DNA of 64,000 bases from Laetmonice hystrix (lineage: Eukaryota): contig OZ249451.1 in assembly GCA_965235115.1 (NCBI GenBank), positions 248,001-312,000 on the forward strand, written 5' to 3'. The notes below the pieces were generated by a model. That model searched no databases and was not told the origin of the DNA. It was given only the letters and a program-made list of their open reading frames with translations. Positions 61,536 through 64,000 of the stretch are shown here, one piece after another. Both the position numbers and the translations under genes were made by a program. Within the stretch, counting starts at the first letter, position 1. Every line of letters starts with the position of its first letter.

Positions 61536-62566
61536 TATACCTCTCAAGTATTGTACAGTGTATCGAAACCAGGTGTGAAAGGAATGGAGATCTGTCGGAC
61601 CTATAGATTCCCTGGTTATGCAGGTCCTAGGTAACCAACTTTGTGGTATAAGACAATATAATTAACAAAATACAAATGGATTGAGGTTAAGGTTAGGATA
61701 TGGGATAGGATTCCGAAGAAATATTTCCTCAAAAAAACCCGCAAAAATCCGCTTATAGGCACACGCGCCTAAAATTGCGTGAATACGGTAAGGTTGAACT
61801 GCTCCCAGACAGCCGAGAAATCACCAGGAGGTAATCACTCTGGCCGGGATTTTCGACGTTACATTGGTGTCTCCAGATCGGCGCGGTTTTATGTGTCTGA
61901 CGTCGCCGTAAACTGAGTCTGCCATTAAATCTGACCACCACCGCCAGGGGTGACTCTTCAGTATGGGAGGCAGAGAAAGGGTGTGTCGGAGGGCCTTGTT
62001 CTGAGTGAGCGCCCTGCGCGCCGTGGGCTGACCGTGATGTTTATATGCGAGTAGAGATGGGAGCTGGGGGCGGATTGCATGTATGGAATATTGGCGGCGG
62101 TGGAGTGCCGTCATTGATATTCCCACCATGCTTCTCTCGATCAGGTATCGCTGATGTAGCACAATCGGGCGCCACTAGAGGCGCCTCTTAATATTCGAGC
62201 CGGTTTACCTCTTTGATGGTCAGGTAAGACTTTATTGTCCGCGCCAGCTGCGGCGGGACGGTGTCCTCTCACGCGTAAATACATCTATCAAATCTAACGG
62301 CGCACTTGAAATTATGAAAATTTATGAAGGTCTGAAATTGGCCGTGTGATGAGCCTGTCCTGTGAGGTCGGGTGTAGGCGACTATTCACAAGGAGGGGCT
62401 TGTGTGTTATCTCCTCTTTCATATTCCTGGCTGCTGGCGCACAGGTGGTCAAGCTATAATTAATCCATAAAAACTGGCTGTCCATGTTTATTGATAATAA
62501 TCGGAGAACGATCTCATGGAACGAAAGGTGTCGGCTGTCGTGAGGGGCGTGCCGACAGATTGCAGC

Positions 62567-63140
62567 CTGGTTCTGTGCTGGAGGAGCTGGTCCAGCGCTG
62601 GTTCTGTGCTGGAGGAGCTGGTTCTGTGCTGGAGGAGCTGGTTCTGTGCTGGTTCTGTGCTGGAGGAGCTGGTTCTGTGCTGAAGGAGCTGGTCCAGCGC
62701 TGGTTCTGTGCTAGCTGGTCCAGCGCTGGTTCTGTGCTGGTTCTGTGCTGGAGGAGCTGGTTCTGTGCTGGAGGAGCTGGTTCTGTGCTGGAGGAGCTGG
62801 TCCAGCGCTGGTTCTGTGCTGGAGCAGCTGGTTCTGTGCTGAAGGAGCTGGTCCAGCGCTGGTTCTGTGCTAGCTGGTCCAGCGCTGGTTCTGTGCTGGA
62901 GGAGCTGGTTCTGTGCTGGAGGAGCTGGTTCTGTGCTGGAGGAGCTGGTTCTGTGCTGGAGGAGCTGGTCCAGCGCTGGTTCTGTGCTGGAGGAGCTGGT
63001 CCAGCGCTGGTTCTGTGCTGGAGGAGCTGGTCCAGCGCTGGTTCTGTGCTGGAGGAGCTGGTTCTGTGCTGGAGGAGCTGGCCCGTCGCTGAGTGCGAGC
63101 TGGCCAGCGCTGGTTCTGTGCTGGAGGAGCTGGCCCGTCG
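62567..63140. repeat. Mosaic array of 20-bp and 11-bp modules
   Basis: CTGGTTCTGTGCTGGAGGAG interleaved with CTGGTCCAGCG. Confidence 0.95.
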
Positions 63141-63156
63141 CTGAGTGCGAGCTGGT

Positions 63157-63309
63157 CAGCGCTGACATGACGCTAGGGTACCAGGGTGGCAAGGCCAGCG
63201 CTGACATGACGCTAGGGTACCAGGGTGGCAAGGCCAGCGCTGACATGACGCTAGGGTACCAGGGTGGCAAGGCCAGCGCTGACATGACGCTAGGGTACCA
63301 GGGTGGCAA
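63157..63309. repeat. 39-bp tandem repeat, ~4 copies
   Basis: CAGCGCTGACATGACGCTAGGGTACCAGGGTGGCAAGGC. Confidence 0.97.
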
Positions 63310-64000
63310 GAGCTAGCGTTCCTGTACTTCCCATCTAATTGTATTGACTGTCTGAAATCGTGATATCTGAAACACATTTCGTAAGTCCTGATCGTTCCCA
63401 CAGACACAGAGACCTGCCATGTCCCGGTTTGTGGAGTTTGAGGGATGTTTTTACCTGAACGATGTAAGTGGGCACCTAGGGAGGTTGACGAGAACGTACA
63501 CACCACCCCGAACAACGCCAACCTAATCCACTCTAATAAAGAATGACTTAGAATAATCCCAGACCGGACAAAAAGGCTCTCGGCTTAGATTTCACCATAC
63601 CGAAGACAATTAAAGCAATATAAAACTAATCACAACAAATGGGAGATCTGTATGAAATAAAAACATCATTTAACGTCTTTTATCTAAAACAAAGGGGCCA
63701 AATTGAATTAATGTGCCCGGATTGTGAGATTGCCGCACTACTGCAATCACAGAGAACGGAGAAAAAAGTAATGAAATTTTAGTCGTAAGATGTTGAATGA
63801 CTGGTTTGGATATTACTTGAGCTGTTTCATGCTCATGGGTGCTCTGATAAGAGGCGTTGTGGGGGGAGGGGGTAGATGGAGGGGGTGTCGGAAATTATAC
63901 AGCGTGAATGGGAGACATGTTGAAAGGAGAGGTAGGCAGGGAATATGATGCTAGGGTTTGTTCTCTACCCCCGCCCCCCCCCCCCCCCCACACACACACA

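Noticed and set aside
1-64000. Homeobox/Hox genes, miR-10/993, rRNA or intact tRNA genes (suggested by the enhancer-like DNA)
   Set aside because: I found no WFQNRR-type or YPWM coding sequence, no miRNA matches and no complete cloverleaf or rRNA motifs by manual reading. Absence is not proven without a search.

Overview
This is animal (bilaterian, probably invertebrate) nuclear DNA with no prokaryotic features and no protein family I can confidently recognise. About 50 unrelated tandem-repeat arrays (units about 16-75 bp, arrays up to about 2.2 kb) cover roughly 40-45% of the window by hand tally. They account for almost every long ORF in the supplied track. The unique DNA between arrays holds a tRNA-headed SINE, a few degenerate non-autonomous transposon fragments, and many transcription-factor-like motifs (RFX X-boxes, CTCF-like, homeodomain, nuclear-receptor DR1). 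Reading splice signals by hand gives a phase-compatible six-exon plus-strand candidate gene at about 1.6-10.5 kb (about 277 aa, family unknown), a strong 15-nt microexon candidate at 58140-58154 and several weaker exon candidates. The most interesting pattern is local tandem amplification that multiplies regulatory or structural motifs: RFX, Fox and Su(H) site arrays, hairpin arrays, a TTAGGG-bearing array and higher-order block duplications. All gene and regulatory calls are inferences from sequence alone, and coordinates and copy numbers were counted by hand.
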